Positions 33,961 through 41,783 of a DNA stretch of 64,000 nucleotides are shown here, one piece after another. Location of the stretch: IMG/VR virus record IMGVR_UViG_3300031994_000071, positions 11,222 through 75,221 of that record. One strand, 5' to 3'. Position numbers and translations under genes: made by a program. This stretch comes from a virus (taxonomy: Duplodnaviria > Caudoviricetes). The notes below the pieces were generated by a model. That model was not told where the DNA came from and searched no databases. It was given only the letters and a program-made list of their open reading frames with translations. Each line of letters begins with the position of its first letter. Position 1 is the stretch's first letter.

Positions 33961-34547
33961 CGTACCTATTTTTCGACACAGAGACAACAGGGCTTCCGAA
34001 GAACTACTCGGCGCCCACTACCGACCTCGACAACTGGGGTGCCGCACGACTGGTGCAACTCGGATACATCCTGGAGGATGACAAGCAGGGAGTGATATCA
34101 AAGGGAAACCTCATCGTCAGGCCGGAAGGATTCGTGATCCCGGAGGCGGCGAGCAACGTGCATGGCATCACGACCGAGGTGGCCACCGAGAAGGGACTTC
34201 CGGCAAAGAAGGTCGTGTACGCCTTCCTCGGACAGGCACGGATTGCCGATGTCCTGGTCGGACACAATGTTGACTACGATACTCATGTGGTAGGCTCCGA
34301 ACTGGTGCGCCACTGGGGAAAGGACTATATCGAGGGGATGCCGGTCGTTGATACCATGAAGTCCAGCGTGGATTTCTGCAAGATCCCCTCGGCCCGTGGG
34401 TACAAGTGGCCCAAACTGATTGAACTCCACAACAAACTCTTCGGGTGCGACTTCGAGGATGCCCATGATGCCATGGCCGACATCAGCGCCACCCGGAAGT
34501 GCTTCTGGGAGTTGGTGAGACTGGGTATTATCAAGTTAAACCGTTAA
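33957..34547 (+). CDS. DnaQ-like (DEDDh) 3'-5' exonuclease
   Basis: FFDTETTG, VGHNVDYD, DTMKS, AHDAMADI. Confidence 0.93.
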   Translation: MTYLFFDTETTGLPKNYSAPTTDLDNWGAARLVQLGYILEDDKQGVISKGNLIVRPEGFVIPEAASNVHGITTEVATEKGLPAKKVVYAFLGQARIADVLVGHNVDYDTHVVGSELVRHWGKDYIEGMPVVDTMKSSVDFCKIPSARGYKWPKLIELHNKLFGCDFEDAHDAMADISATRKCFWELVRLGIIKLNR

Positions 34548-34558
34548 CTATCAAGAAT

Positions 34559-34723
34559 ATGGATAAGACAAAGTTCCATTTGGGCCAGGTCCTGACCTAT
34601 GACGGACAGAAGGCTATCGTTGATGCTCTGACGCAGACCATGATTGCTCTCCGGGTAGGAGGGCAATATATCGTAGAGAGTTATGACAACCTGCCGCTGC
34701 TGGTGAGCCATGTCGGGGCTTGA
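34559..34723 (+). CDS. Small hypothetical protein
   Basis: Start MDKTKFHLGQ. Confidence 0.6.
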   Translation: MDKTKFHLGQVLTYDGQKAIVDALTQTMIALRVGGQYIVESYDNLPLLVSHVGA

Positions 34724-35165
34724 GCGCATACGGGAGAAGCAGTTGGATGAGCGCTATTCGGTCCGCGAGGACGGGACGGTGCTCAGCAACGGCATGGCCC
34801 TCTCCCCCGTGAGGGGGGTGTGGGTGTCCCTGCACGGGGAGCGCCGGTACGTGTCGTACCTGGTGGCCCGCGCTTTCGTCCCGAACCCGGAAGGGAGACC
34901 CTATGTGGTCCACAAGGACGGGGACCCGGAGAACAATGTGGCCGACAACCTGGAGTGGAGCGAGGAGAAGGAGCCGGACCGGAAGGCCGGGCCGAAACCG
35001 AGGATGGTGATCTTCGGGCAGTTCGACGTGGACGGCAGCATGGTGAACCGGTGGGGGAGCGTGAAGGAGGCGGCGGCTGCTACCGGCCTGGCCCCGCAGG
35101 CCATCCGGGCGGCGTTGCAGCGGCGCAATGGAAAGAGTGGAAAGTGGTATTGGATGTACTTGTAG
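34710..35165 (+). CDS. HNH (NUMOD4/HNH_3/NUMOD1-type) endonuclease-like protein
   Basis: VSYLVARAFVPNPEGRPYVVHKDGDPENNVADNLEW; C-terminal WGSVKEAAAATG. Confidence 0.85.
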   Translation: MSGLERIREKQLDERYSVREDGTVLSNGMALSPVRGVWVSLHGERRYVSYLVARAFVPNPEGRPYVVHKDGDPENNVADNLEWSEEKEPDRKAGPKPRMVIFGQFDVDGSMVNRWGSVKEAAAATGLAPQAIRAALQRRNGKSGKWYWMYL

Positions 35166-35166
35166 T

Positions 35167-35445
35167 ATGAATACTGGTATTTTTGAATGTTACGAGAAGT
35201 ATCGGCACGCCCTGAGGTGGCCGTTTTTCGAGTTGGCGCACAGTGACATCGTGGACTGGCGTCTGTATATCGTCGAGAGGCCGGATGGCATCGGGGAAGG
35301 TGCGCCTGAGATAGAGATACTGGACGTGCAGTATCCTGATTTGGATTACGTGCTGGCCAAGGCTGAGGTGGAATTCAAGAAATGGCTCTGGGAGCACAAG
35401 AATATCAAGGAATTCAGACCAAAAGAATCATGTGTGAAAAAATAG
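35167..35445 (+). CDS. Hypothetical protein
   Basis: ATG 1 nt after the upstream stop. Confidence 0.6.
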   Translation: MNTGIFECYEKYRHALRWPFFELAHSDIVDWRLYIVERPDGIGEGAPEIEILDVQYPDLDYVLAKAEVEFKKWLWEHKNIKEFRPKESCVKK

Positions 35446-35675
35446 GCTTGTTTCATGATGATGGGACTCCTCTTGAAAAAGAAGAACTCCCAATCCCCGG
35501 CGCCCCCATGGAATTGAATGTTCTCGCCGGTGCGCTCGGTTTGCTTCGGTACGCCCAGGAGCAGCACATGCCCGTGCTCATAAAGAATGAAGATGAAACA
35601 CGAGCGCTGTTAATCAAGGATGCAAACAGCATAAAGTGCAAAATGAGCGTTGAAATTATAGAAGCAAAAAAGTAG
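35430..35675 (+). CDS. Hypothetical protein
   Basis: Start MCEKIGLF. Confidence 0.55.
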   Translation: MCEKIGLFHDDGTPLEKEELPIPGAPMELNVLAGALGLLRYAQEQHMPVLIKNEDETRALLIKDANSIKCKMSVEIIEAKK

Positions 35676-35750
35676 AAATTTCCAATTTATGTGCTAAAAA
35701 TGCAGAAAAATGTATTTTTTTGCCGAAAAATGTGCTAAAATTTCCATTTT

Positions 35751-35939
35751 ATGTACGATATAAAGGAAATACGTTGTGACGAGAAGCCCGATATAGGGCA
35801 CAAATTGCCTCTTGTGGAGGTAGAATTTACGCCCGGGAAGTTCTGGGCGCTCACTCCGGCCTTCAATCTCAACTTTGCCGTCGGCGAGTTTGAGTTTGAG
35901 TGGCTTTGCGTTGGAATTTACATCAGGTGGAAGAGATAA
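35751..35939 (+). CDS. Hypothetical protein
   Basis: TAATG coupling to the methyltransferase. Confidence 0.55.
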   Translation: MYDIKEIRCDEKPDIGHKLPLVEVEFTPGKFWALTPAFNLNFAVGEFEFEWLCVGIYIRWKR

Positions 35940-36445
35940 TGGATACGAGTTTTCAGAAAACAAAGGCCACTGACGAATGGTTCACCCCGAAGGAGTTGGT
36001 GGATGCCCTGGGCGAGTTTGACCTGGACCCCTGCGAGCCGGTGAGGCTGCTGTGGCGTCTGGCGAAGCGCGGATTCAACAAGTATGATGACGGCCTGGCC
36101 CAAAATTGGGGGGGGCAAGATGTGCGTGTGTGGCTTAACCCGCCATACAGCCAGCCTTTGTTGGACCAGTTCGTTAAGAAGATGGTGGAACATGGAAATG
36201 GCATCATGCTGACGTTCGCGAGAGTGGATAACCGTCTCTTCCAGGGCACGATCCTGCCGAACTGTGACGGCATCCTGTTCCTCCGGCACCGCGTCCGGTT
36301 CTACATGCCGGATGGTACCATGGGCGGCAGTCCCGGGAGCGGCAGTTGCCTGATAGCCTTCGGGAAGGAGAACGTGGATGCACTCCGCAACTCCGGCCTG
36401 GAAGGGTTTTTGATGGAGAAGGATGGTCCTTGGCACAACATTTGA
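35939..36445 (+). CDS. Phage DNA N6-adenine methyltransferase
   Basis: DEWFTP, FDLDPC, DGLAQNW, VWLNPPYS, GILFLRHRVRF. Confidence 0.92.
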   Translation: MDTSFQKTKATDEWFTPKELVDALGEFDLDPCEPVRLLWRLAKRGFNKYDDGLAQNWGGQDVRVWLNPPYSQPLLDQFVKKMVEHGNGIMLTFARVDNRLFQGTILPNCDGILFLRHRVRFYMPDGTMGGSPGSGSCLIAFGKENVDALRNSGLEGFLMEKDGPWHNI

Positions 36446-36448
36446 AGT

Positions 36449-36853
36449 ATGTTCGTAACAGTGTGGACGCCAGAGAAGGTGGCGGTGTTTGTGGAGAAGT
36501 ATGCAGATACCAGGAACGAGGACCTGGTGGCCGAACTCGGGGTGAGCATGAGGACGATAGAGCGGAAGGCGAAGGCACTGGGCCTCAAGAAGAGCGAGCG
36601 TTTCCTTCGGGATGCGAGCCAGAGGGGCTTGATGGAGATTGAGTACCGGCGCATGATGGGTGAGCAGGTAGGCGGCTTCAAGAAGGGTGACGGCCATAAA
36701 GGCACGCCAGGCAGTTTCAAGAAGGGCCACCGGTTCACTGGGGAGATTGAGGAGAAGCGGGTGAAGGCATGTAGGGACAGGGCATGGGATGAGCGGGTGC
36801 GCCTGATCCGTGGGTTTCCGAGGTTGACGAAGTGGAAAATGAAAAATTATTAG
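36449..36853 (+). CDS. Hypothetical HTH protein
   Basis: NEDLVAELGVSMRTIERKAKALGLKKS; FKKG repeats. Confidence 0.7.
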   Translation: MFVTVWTPEKVAVFVEKYADTRNEDLVAELGVSMRTIERKAKALGLKKSERFLRDASQRGLMEIEYRRMMGEQVGGFKKGDGHKGTPGSFKKGHRFTGEIEEKRVKACRDRAWDERVRLIRGFPRLTKWKMKNY

Positions 36854-36861
36854 TATATTTG
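36854..36861 (+). promoter_or_regulatory. Primary-sigma -7 element 6 nt before ATG
   Basis: TATATTTG-cgacca-ATG. Confidence 0.55.
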
Positions 36862-36867
36862 CGACCA

Positions 36868-37053
36868 ATGATGCAGGTGAGTAAAATAGCGTGTGGAGAG
36901 GAGGAACTTTCTTCCGTCAAGAAGCAGGCCGTTGAGGAACTGAAAGAGAAGATGTGGAAGGAGGTCTGGAAGGAGAACATTGATCTCCCTCAGGCGAAGG
37001 TGAAAGTTGTCTCCCTGGGAGAAGGCATCTATCAAGTAACGGCAAAGATATGA
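36868..37053 (+). CDS. Hypothetical protein
   Basis: Follows the -7 element. Confidence 0.6.
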   Translation: MMQVSKIACGEEELSSVKKQAVEELKEKMWKEVWKENIDLPQAKVKVVSLGEGIYQVTAKI

Positions 37054-37409
37054 ATGCAGAAGAATTGGCACAAAGGAGCGCTGACGAAATACTACGGTCA
37101 CTCGGCAGGGACGAGGATACGCTGAATCGTATGCTTCATGAGAAGCAGCGTGGCGGTTGGCGCTGGACGGAGGAGGAGTTGCAGAAGGAATTGGTTCTGG
37201 CCGGAGTTGTACGGATTTTGAAGGGACAGGACCCTGCGAAGGGCGGAAAGCCGGAGGAGCCTGGGAGCATGAACCCGGCCCAGTTGCAGAAGGAGATAGA
37301 AAAGACCATGAATAGGCTCTTTTCACTGCGCCAGGCTTTGAGCCGGAAGACTGGCGACGTCCCGAACAGTAGGAAGGATATTAACTTTGAAAAATACGTA
37401 ACTGAATGA
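37050..37409 (+). CDS. Hypothetical protein
   Basis: ATGA overlaps. Confidence 0.65.
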   Translation: MNAEELAQRSADEILRSLGRDEDTLNRMLHEKQRGGWRWTEEELQKELVLAGVVRILKGQDPAKGGKPEEPGSMNPAQLQKEIEKTMNRLFSLRQALSRKTGDVPNSRKDINFEKYVTE

Positions 37410-37843
37410 TAGTCAAGATTAAAAAACTGCGCGATAACGCCGTTATTCCGGTTAAGGCTCACCCGAGCGATGCCGGTTTTGACCTGGTGGCGGCTACTGA
37501 CTTTAAGACGGACGAAGACGGAAACGCCGTGTATTACACCGGCCTTGCTTTCGAGATCCCGGAAGGGTATGTCGGCCTCATCTTCCCGAGAAGCAGCATT
37601 ACCAAGAAGGACCAGATGATAGCGAACGGCGTCGGGGTGGTGGATTCCAACTATCGCGGCGAGGTATCGGTGAAGTGCAAGATGATTTCCCCTCTCGCGC
37701 ACGAAAAGTATCATGTGTACCGTATTGGTGAGCGTGTTGCCCAGATGATTATTGTTCCATATCCGGAGATTGAGTTCCAGGAGGCGGACGAACTGAGCGA
37801 GACCGACAGGGGCGCCAACGGCTACGGCTCTACCGGAAAATAA
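37406..37843 (+). CDS. dut: Trimeric dUTPase
   Basis: AGFDL, PRSS, GVVDSNYRGE, ERVAQ, RGANGYGSTG motifs. Confidence 0.97.
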   Translation: MIVKIKKLRDNAVIPVKAHPSDAGFDLVAATDFKTDEDGNAVYYTGLAFEIPEGYVGLIFPRSSITKKDQMIANGVGVVDSNYRGEVSVKCKMISPLAHEKYHVYRIGERVAQMIIVPYPEIEFQEADELSETDRGANGYGSTGK

Positions 37844-37847
37844 AGTT

Positions 37848-37862
37848 TGGCACGCTTTTTGA
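37848..37862 (+). promoter_or_regulatory. sigma54-like site (TTGA variant), upstream of ORF 37890 and the tRNA cluster
   Basis: Intergenic TGGCACG-CTTT-TTGA. Confidence 0.6.
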
Positions 37863-37889
37863 AAGACATTCTGTAAATTTTTAACAAAT

Positions 37890-38144
37890 ATGGAGACTAA
37901 GTACAACGTTTGCGACAAAGTGTCGTATTTCAACGATGCCTCTCAGAAGGTTGAGACCAGCACCGTGCAGGGCATCAAGATTATCGCCACCAAGGTCCAC
38001 GCCAATCAGGATGGCGTCGATGTGTGCGATGAGCAGATTGCCATCTACACCCTCAAGAACGGCATCAACACGCCCGAGAATACCCTGTTCCCGAGTGAAG
38101 CGGCGTGCGTAGAGCACTACAAGGCGCTGTTCGCGTCTATGTAA
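37890..38144 (+). CDS. Hypothetical SH3-like protein
   Basis: KYNVCDKVSY...LFPSEAACV. Confidence 0.75.
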   Translation: METKYNVCDKVSYFNDASQKVETSTVQGIKIIATKVHANQDGVDVCDEQIAIYTLKNGINTPENTLFPSEAACVEHYKALFASM

Positions 38145-38164
38145 AGAGGCCCTGGGAAGCCCAA

Positions 38165-38238
38165 TCCCGGTTCGTCTAACGGTTAGGACGCTTAGCGATT
38201 CGCACATAGCAATAGGGGTTCGATTCCTCTACCGGGAG
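38165..38238 (+). tRNA. tRNA-like gene, Glu-type body, non-canonical anticodon arm (anticodon undetermined)
   Basis: TCCCGGT/ACCGGGA acceptor, GTCT-AACGGTTA-GGAC D arm, AGGGG-TTCGATT-CCTCT T arm; anticodon arm 1-2 nt too long and poorly paired. Confidence 0.6.
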
Positions 38239-38283
38239 CAAGTTCGCAGTGATGCGGTAATTTTGTAAGTTTTTGTGTTGGAA

Positions 38284-38354
38284 AGTCCCGTACCTCAGTG
38301 GGAGAGGGGGTGTCGGAAAGATGCCGGTCGCGAGTTCGATTCTCGCCGGGACTT
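38284..38354 (+). tRNA. tRNA-Phe(GAA), atypical (G33)
   Basis: AGTCCCG/CGGGACT, CCTC/GAGG, GGTGT-CGGAAAG-ATGCC, GCGAG-TTCGATT-CTCGC. Confidence 0.75.
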
Positions 38355-38355
38355 C

Positions 38356-38552
38356 GAGGTTTCCTGGTAGAAAACGGAGGTTGCAACCGTCAACACCTTG
38401 TCAATTAGGCCAATAATATGGAGCCACGTGGGTCCCTCAAGGTCTGTTGAAACCTACAATCACCCACCGGCCCCGGATGAAAGCGGACCAGGAGTAATTG
38501 TTCATAGCCGCAATTACGGGCATCGGTGACACTCTGGAGAGACGGAGACACA
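38356..38552 (+). ncRNA. Candidate structured ncRNA inside the tRNA cluster
   Basis: Non-coding; hairpins ACGG/CCGT, AGGT/ACCT, CCG-GATGAAAG-CGG, GTAATTG/CAATTAC, CTCTG-GAGAGA-CGGAG. Confidence 0.4.
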
Positions 38553-38553
38553 T

Positions 38554-38627
38554 CGCGGGGTAGAGCAGTTGGTAGCACGCCTGGCTCATAACCAGGACAG
38601 TCGCAGGTTCGAGTCCTGCCCCCGCTA
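38554..38627 (+). tRNA. tRNA-Met(CAT), initiator-like body
   Basis: CGCGGGG/CCCCGCT with 1-72 mismatch, CCTGG-CTCATAA-CCAGG, GCAGG-TTCGAGT-CCTGC. Confidence 0.9.
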
Positions 38628-38632
38628 CTAAA

Positions 38633-38715
38633 GCCCTTGTGGCGGAATTGGCAGACGCAACGGACTAAGGATCCGTTTCCGTAATGGAGTGGGAGTTCGA
38701 TTCTCCCCGAGGGCA
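38633..38715 (+). tRNA. tRNA-Leu(AAG), class II
   Basis: GCCCTTG/CGAGGGC, GCG-GAATTGGCAGA-CGC, ACGGA-CTAAGGA-TCCGT, variable arm, GGGAG-TTCGATT-CTCCC, A73. Confidence 0.88.
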
Positions 38716-38720
38716 CAAGG

Positions 38721-38751
38721 TTTGCACAGTCAGAAAAAATGACTACCTTTG
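38721..38751 (+). promoter_or_regulatory. Bacteroidetes primary-sigma promoter for the replication operon
   Basis: TTTG(38721)-N19-TACCTTTG(38744). Confidence 0.8.
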
Positions 38752-38793
38752 CAATCCGCGACCTCAGTTTTGGCACGCTGAGCGAAGAACTTT

Positions 38794-38856
38794 ACCCCAC
38801 TGAAAGAGAGATGTGCCAACGCCCGGAAACGGGTGCTCTCTGGATGTGGGGTTTTT
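38794..38856 (+). promoter_or_regulatory. Structured 5' leader / possible attenuator
   Basis: ACCCCAC/GTGGGGT, AGAGAG/CTCTCT, CGCCCG-GAAA-CGGGTG, then T-run, 15 nt before the primase-helicase ATG. Confidence 0.5.
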
Positions 38857-38870
38857 GTTAAAAACCGCAA

Positions 38871-40343
38871 ATGAAGTATCAGCATATAATTGACTATCTT
38901 GTCGAAACGGTAGGCCCATCCATCGAGGATGCCGGCCTCAGCGATGAGAGAGTCAACAAGCGCACCGAGGCCGGGCTGTGCAAGTCCTTCCGCCGGTACG
39001 TTTGCGGTGTTGACGGTGACGAGGGATGCGATTACTTCAAGGTGGATGAGGAAGGGATGCTGTACGTCTTCAATGGCATGTACTTCGAGTTGATGCTGGA
39101 GGAGACGCTGCTGGAGATGATCATCGAGGTGATGGAGAAGAAGAACGTGGGTATTGTGTACCAGACCGGCAGTGCGAAGATTGTGCGGGATTACTGCCTC
39201 AACCGCCTGAAAGGCGACGAGAGGTGCCGCTTCGTCCCGAATCGCCAGTTCGTATGCTTCAAGAATGGCGTTTTTGACCTCAAGACAATGAAACTCAATC
39301 CGTTTGACGTCAAATACAAGACCGACATCATCCTGGATTTCGATTACCTGGCAGGAGTGCGATCGGCCCTCTGGGATAAGGTCCTCGGAATGACCATCCC
39401 GGACGAGAACATGCGCGAGACCTTCCATCAGTATTGCGGGTGCTTCCTTGCGAACCGCAACGAGTACAAGATTGAGTACATTACCTTTGTGGTTGGTGAA
39501 GGCCAGAACGGTAAGAGTATCATCTGCAAGGCCGTGGTGAACATGCTTGGTCACAATGTGGCCAGTTCATACTCACCGGAGCAATTATTCAAGAGCAGCC
39601 AGATGGAATACCACCTGGCAGATGTCAACGGAAAAATAGTCAATTACTGCGATGAGGTCTCAAACAAGGACTTTTCAGGAGGAGATTTCAAGCAGTTCGT
39701 ATCTGGCGGCGCCTTTACCGGGCGTCATCCTTATTCTAAGAGGCCGACAAAGGTCGATAAGATTCCACTGATGCTTTGCTGCGCCAACGCCATTCCTCCG
39801 ACCACCGACGATACAGAAGGTTACTTCCGCCGCTTCCTCATCATCCTGGCCCCCAACCATATTGACGATAGAGACAAGGATCCGATGCTTGAAATGAAAC
39901 TCCAGGCGCCGGAGGTGAAGTCCGCTATCTTCAACTGGGTCCTGGAAGGGTACAAGAGTTTCGTGGAGAACGGTGGTAAGATTGATATCGCAGGGTCCGT
40001 GAAAGAGGTCGTGGAGGAGATGCGCAATAATGCCAACTCCCTGCGCCGCTGGATTGACTCCATGGGCTACGTTGCGGCCACTCCTCCGTCCACCACCGGA
40101 TACGGCTGGAAGTCCAAGAGAGAGTGGGTACAGGAGTATGTCCGGTACTGCAACGACTGGAACGAGACGCCGAAGAACCAGAAGAGCCTCATTGACCTGT
40201 TCAAGAAAATGGGCGTTGCGAGCCATCGCCGCTCCGATGGCCTCTGGTATTACATGGAGCAGAATTTATCTACCGAGAAGGAGCCTGCTGAGCAGGATGA
40301 TGATCTGCCGAAAGCAGATAACGAACCAGATCTTCCCTTTTAA
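38871..40343 (+). CDS. D5-like/P4-family SF3 helicase (primase-associated)
   Basis: VCFKNGVFDL, GEGQNGKS (Walker A), NYCDE (Walker B), DDTEGYFRRFLII. Confidence 0.9.
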   Translation: MKYQHIIDYLVETVGPSIEDAGLSDERVNKRTEAGLCKSFRRYVCGVDGDEGCDYFKVDEEGMLYVFNGMYFELMLEETLLEMIIEVMEKKNVGIVYQTGSAKIVRDYCLNRLKGDERCRFVPNRQFVCFKNGVFDLKTMKLNPFDVKYKTDIILDFDYLAGVRSALWDKVLGMTIPDENMRETFHQYCGCFLANRNEYKIEYITFVVGEGQNGKSIICKAVVNMLGHNVASSYSPEQLFKSSQMEYHLADVNGKIVNYCDEVSNKDFSGGDFKQFVSGGAFTGRHPYSKRPTKVDKIPLMLCCANAIPPTTDDTEGYFRRFLIILAPNHIDDRDKDPMLEMKLQAPEVKSAIFNWVLEGYKSFVENGGKIDIAGSVKEVVEEMRNNANSLRRWIDSMGYVAATPPSTTGYGWKSKREWVQEYVRYCNDWNETPKNQKSLIDLFKKMGVASHRRSDGLWYYMEQNLSTEKEPAEQDDDLPKADNEPDLPF

Positions 40344-40345
40344 TC

Positions 40346-41275
40346 ATGAGTAAGGAACATTTTCGCTTTGAGTACGACCCGGTTGTGGCCTTGAAGAACT
40401 GTCCCAAGTTGCTTGGGATGGAACTGACTCAGCATGGGCGTAAATTGGAGGGCGGTTACTACCTCAACGGTGACAGGCATCAGTGGCGCAAGGACAAACT
40501 CAAAATCTTCATCAGCCAGGGTACTGTCTGGCTTTCCGAGGAGGGCGGTCCTTCCATGAGCCTCCAGACATGGCTCATCAACTACGGCGGTGCCGCCGAT
40601 TACAAGGAGGCCATCAGCATGATCAACGGCCAGAAGCAGTCCATTACCTACAACCGCGAGGTCCGGCAGAAGGATGAGGTGGCCGTGAAGTATGTTCCGA
40701 GGGAGGCCGTTGATGGGGCCGCGAACTACGACTTGAGGAAATGTTCCCTCTTCAACTGGATGTGTACCTTGTTTCCTGAGGAGAAGGTGCGCGAGGTGTG
40801 GAAGGAGTACAATGTGACCACCGATTCCCACGGGAACGTGGTGTATTGGTACGTCAATCAGCAGAACAAGGTCCTTTTTGACAAGCGCATCTTCTACAAG
40901 GATGACGGGCACCGTGACAAGACATTCTTCCCAGGGCGGCAGTACAGGGTCCGTGACGGATACTCTGAACACTGCTTATTCGGTGACTGCATTCCGGATG
41001 ACGGAAAGAGGGCCTTTGTCTGCGAGTCCGAGAAAACGGCGCTTCTGGGCCGGTTGTACTATGGGCGCCGGTTCCTTGCCACCGGCGGCAAGTCGAATAT
41101 CCGTGACGTGAAGGAGGGCGTGCTGCTGTTGCCGGATATGGACGCCAGGGATAAGTGGGCACAGAGGGGAGAAGTATGGCCATGGTGGGAGAAGTGGGGT
41201 TTGCCGATTGAGCAGATACCCGACCATTCGGATATTGGAGACATGATAGTATGGAAACAATCAAACCACAAGTGA
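40346..41275 (+). CDS. Primase-like protein (DUF6371/TOPRIM-like)
   Basis: CLFG, FVCESEKTA, ATGG, LLLPDMD. Confidence 0.75.
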   Translation: MSKEHFRFEYDPVVALKNCPKLLGMELTQHGRKLEGGYYLNGDRHQWRKDKLKIFISQGTVWLSEEGGPSMSLQTWLINYGGAADYKEAISMINGQKQSITYNREVRQKDEVAVKYVPREAVDGAANYDLRKCSLFNWMCTLFPEEKVREVWKEYNVTTDSHGNVVYWYVNQQNKVLFDKRIFYKDDGHRDKTFFPGRQYRVRDGYSEHCLFGDCIPDDGKRAFVCESEKTALLGRLYYGRRFLATGGKSNIRDVKEGVLLLPDMDARDKWAQRGEVWPWWEKWGLPIEQIPDHSDIGDMIVWKQSNHK

Positions 41276-41276
41276 T

Positions 41277-41771
41277 ATGAAAAAGATTTGGTCAAAAATT
41301 CAAATGTTCTGGTTCTTCCATTTCGCAAACCCGGTTGTTTGGATGGGAGAAAACGTCGGCTTCAAGTACACCTTCAGTAAGTTCTGGCTGGACATTTCCA
41401 CGAAATCCGGCAACTGGAAGATGCGTGTGATGGCCGATGAGCACCCATACGCGTACCTGCTTGCTGGAGTGCAGCAGGGAAACGAAAAAAACGTTTTCGG
41501 CTTCGCCGAAACGTTGTACATGCAGGTCTTCACCCTCACCCGTGATCAGGGCCTCGTGAACGACGTCCAGAAGGCCATCAAGAAGTACCAGGCCCGGCTC
41601 GTTAAGTCGAATCCGGCTTCGCCGGACGAGGAGCGGGAGGCTCTTGAGGAAGTAAAGGCCGTCCAGGAATACGTGGACGCAACGCCGAAGGAGCGCAGGA
41701 AGATGGAGCGCGGCATCAATCGCCGCTTCAAAAAGGCCGTTAAGGCACAGAATTTGCAGGAGACAAAGTAA
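41277..41771 (+). CDS. Hypothetical protein
   Basis: Co-oriented ORF. Confidence 0.7.
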   Translation: MKKIWSKIQMFWFFHFANPVVWMGENVGFKYTFSKFWLDISTKSGNWKMRVMADEHPYAYLLAGVQQGNEKNVFGFAETLYMQVFTLTRDQGLVNDVQKAIKKYQARLVKSNPASPDEEREALEEVKAVQEYVDATPKERRKMERGINRRFKKAVKAQNLQETK

Positions 41772-41783
41772 AAATTTCGCGTT

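Noticed and set aside
34710-35165. Intron-encoded homing endonuclease in a group I intron
   Set aside because: Flanking genes are intact and abut it; no intron core visible; treated as free-standing
36431-36445. sigma54 variant as the promoter of ORF 36449
   Set aside because: Predicted TSS would fall downstream of the ATG; kept only as a weak member of the motif count
38239-38400. tRNA-associated HDV-like (theta) ribozymes
   Set aside because: Sequences after the tRNA 3' ends lack the nested double pseudoknot and L3 consensus by eye
32923-38790. Further TGGCAC half-sites (32923, 37056, 38771) as sigma54 promoters
   Set aside because: No TTG at the required -12 spacing
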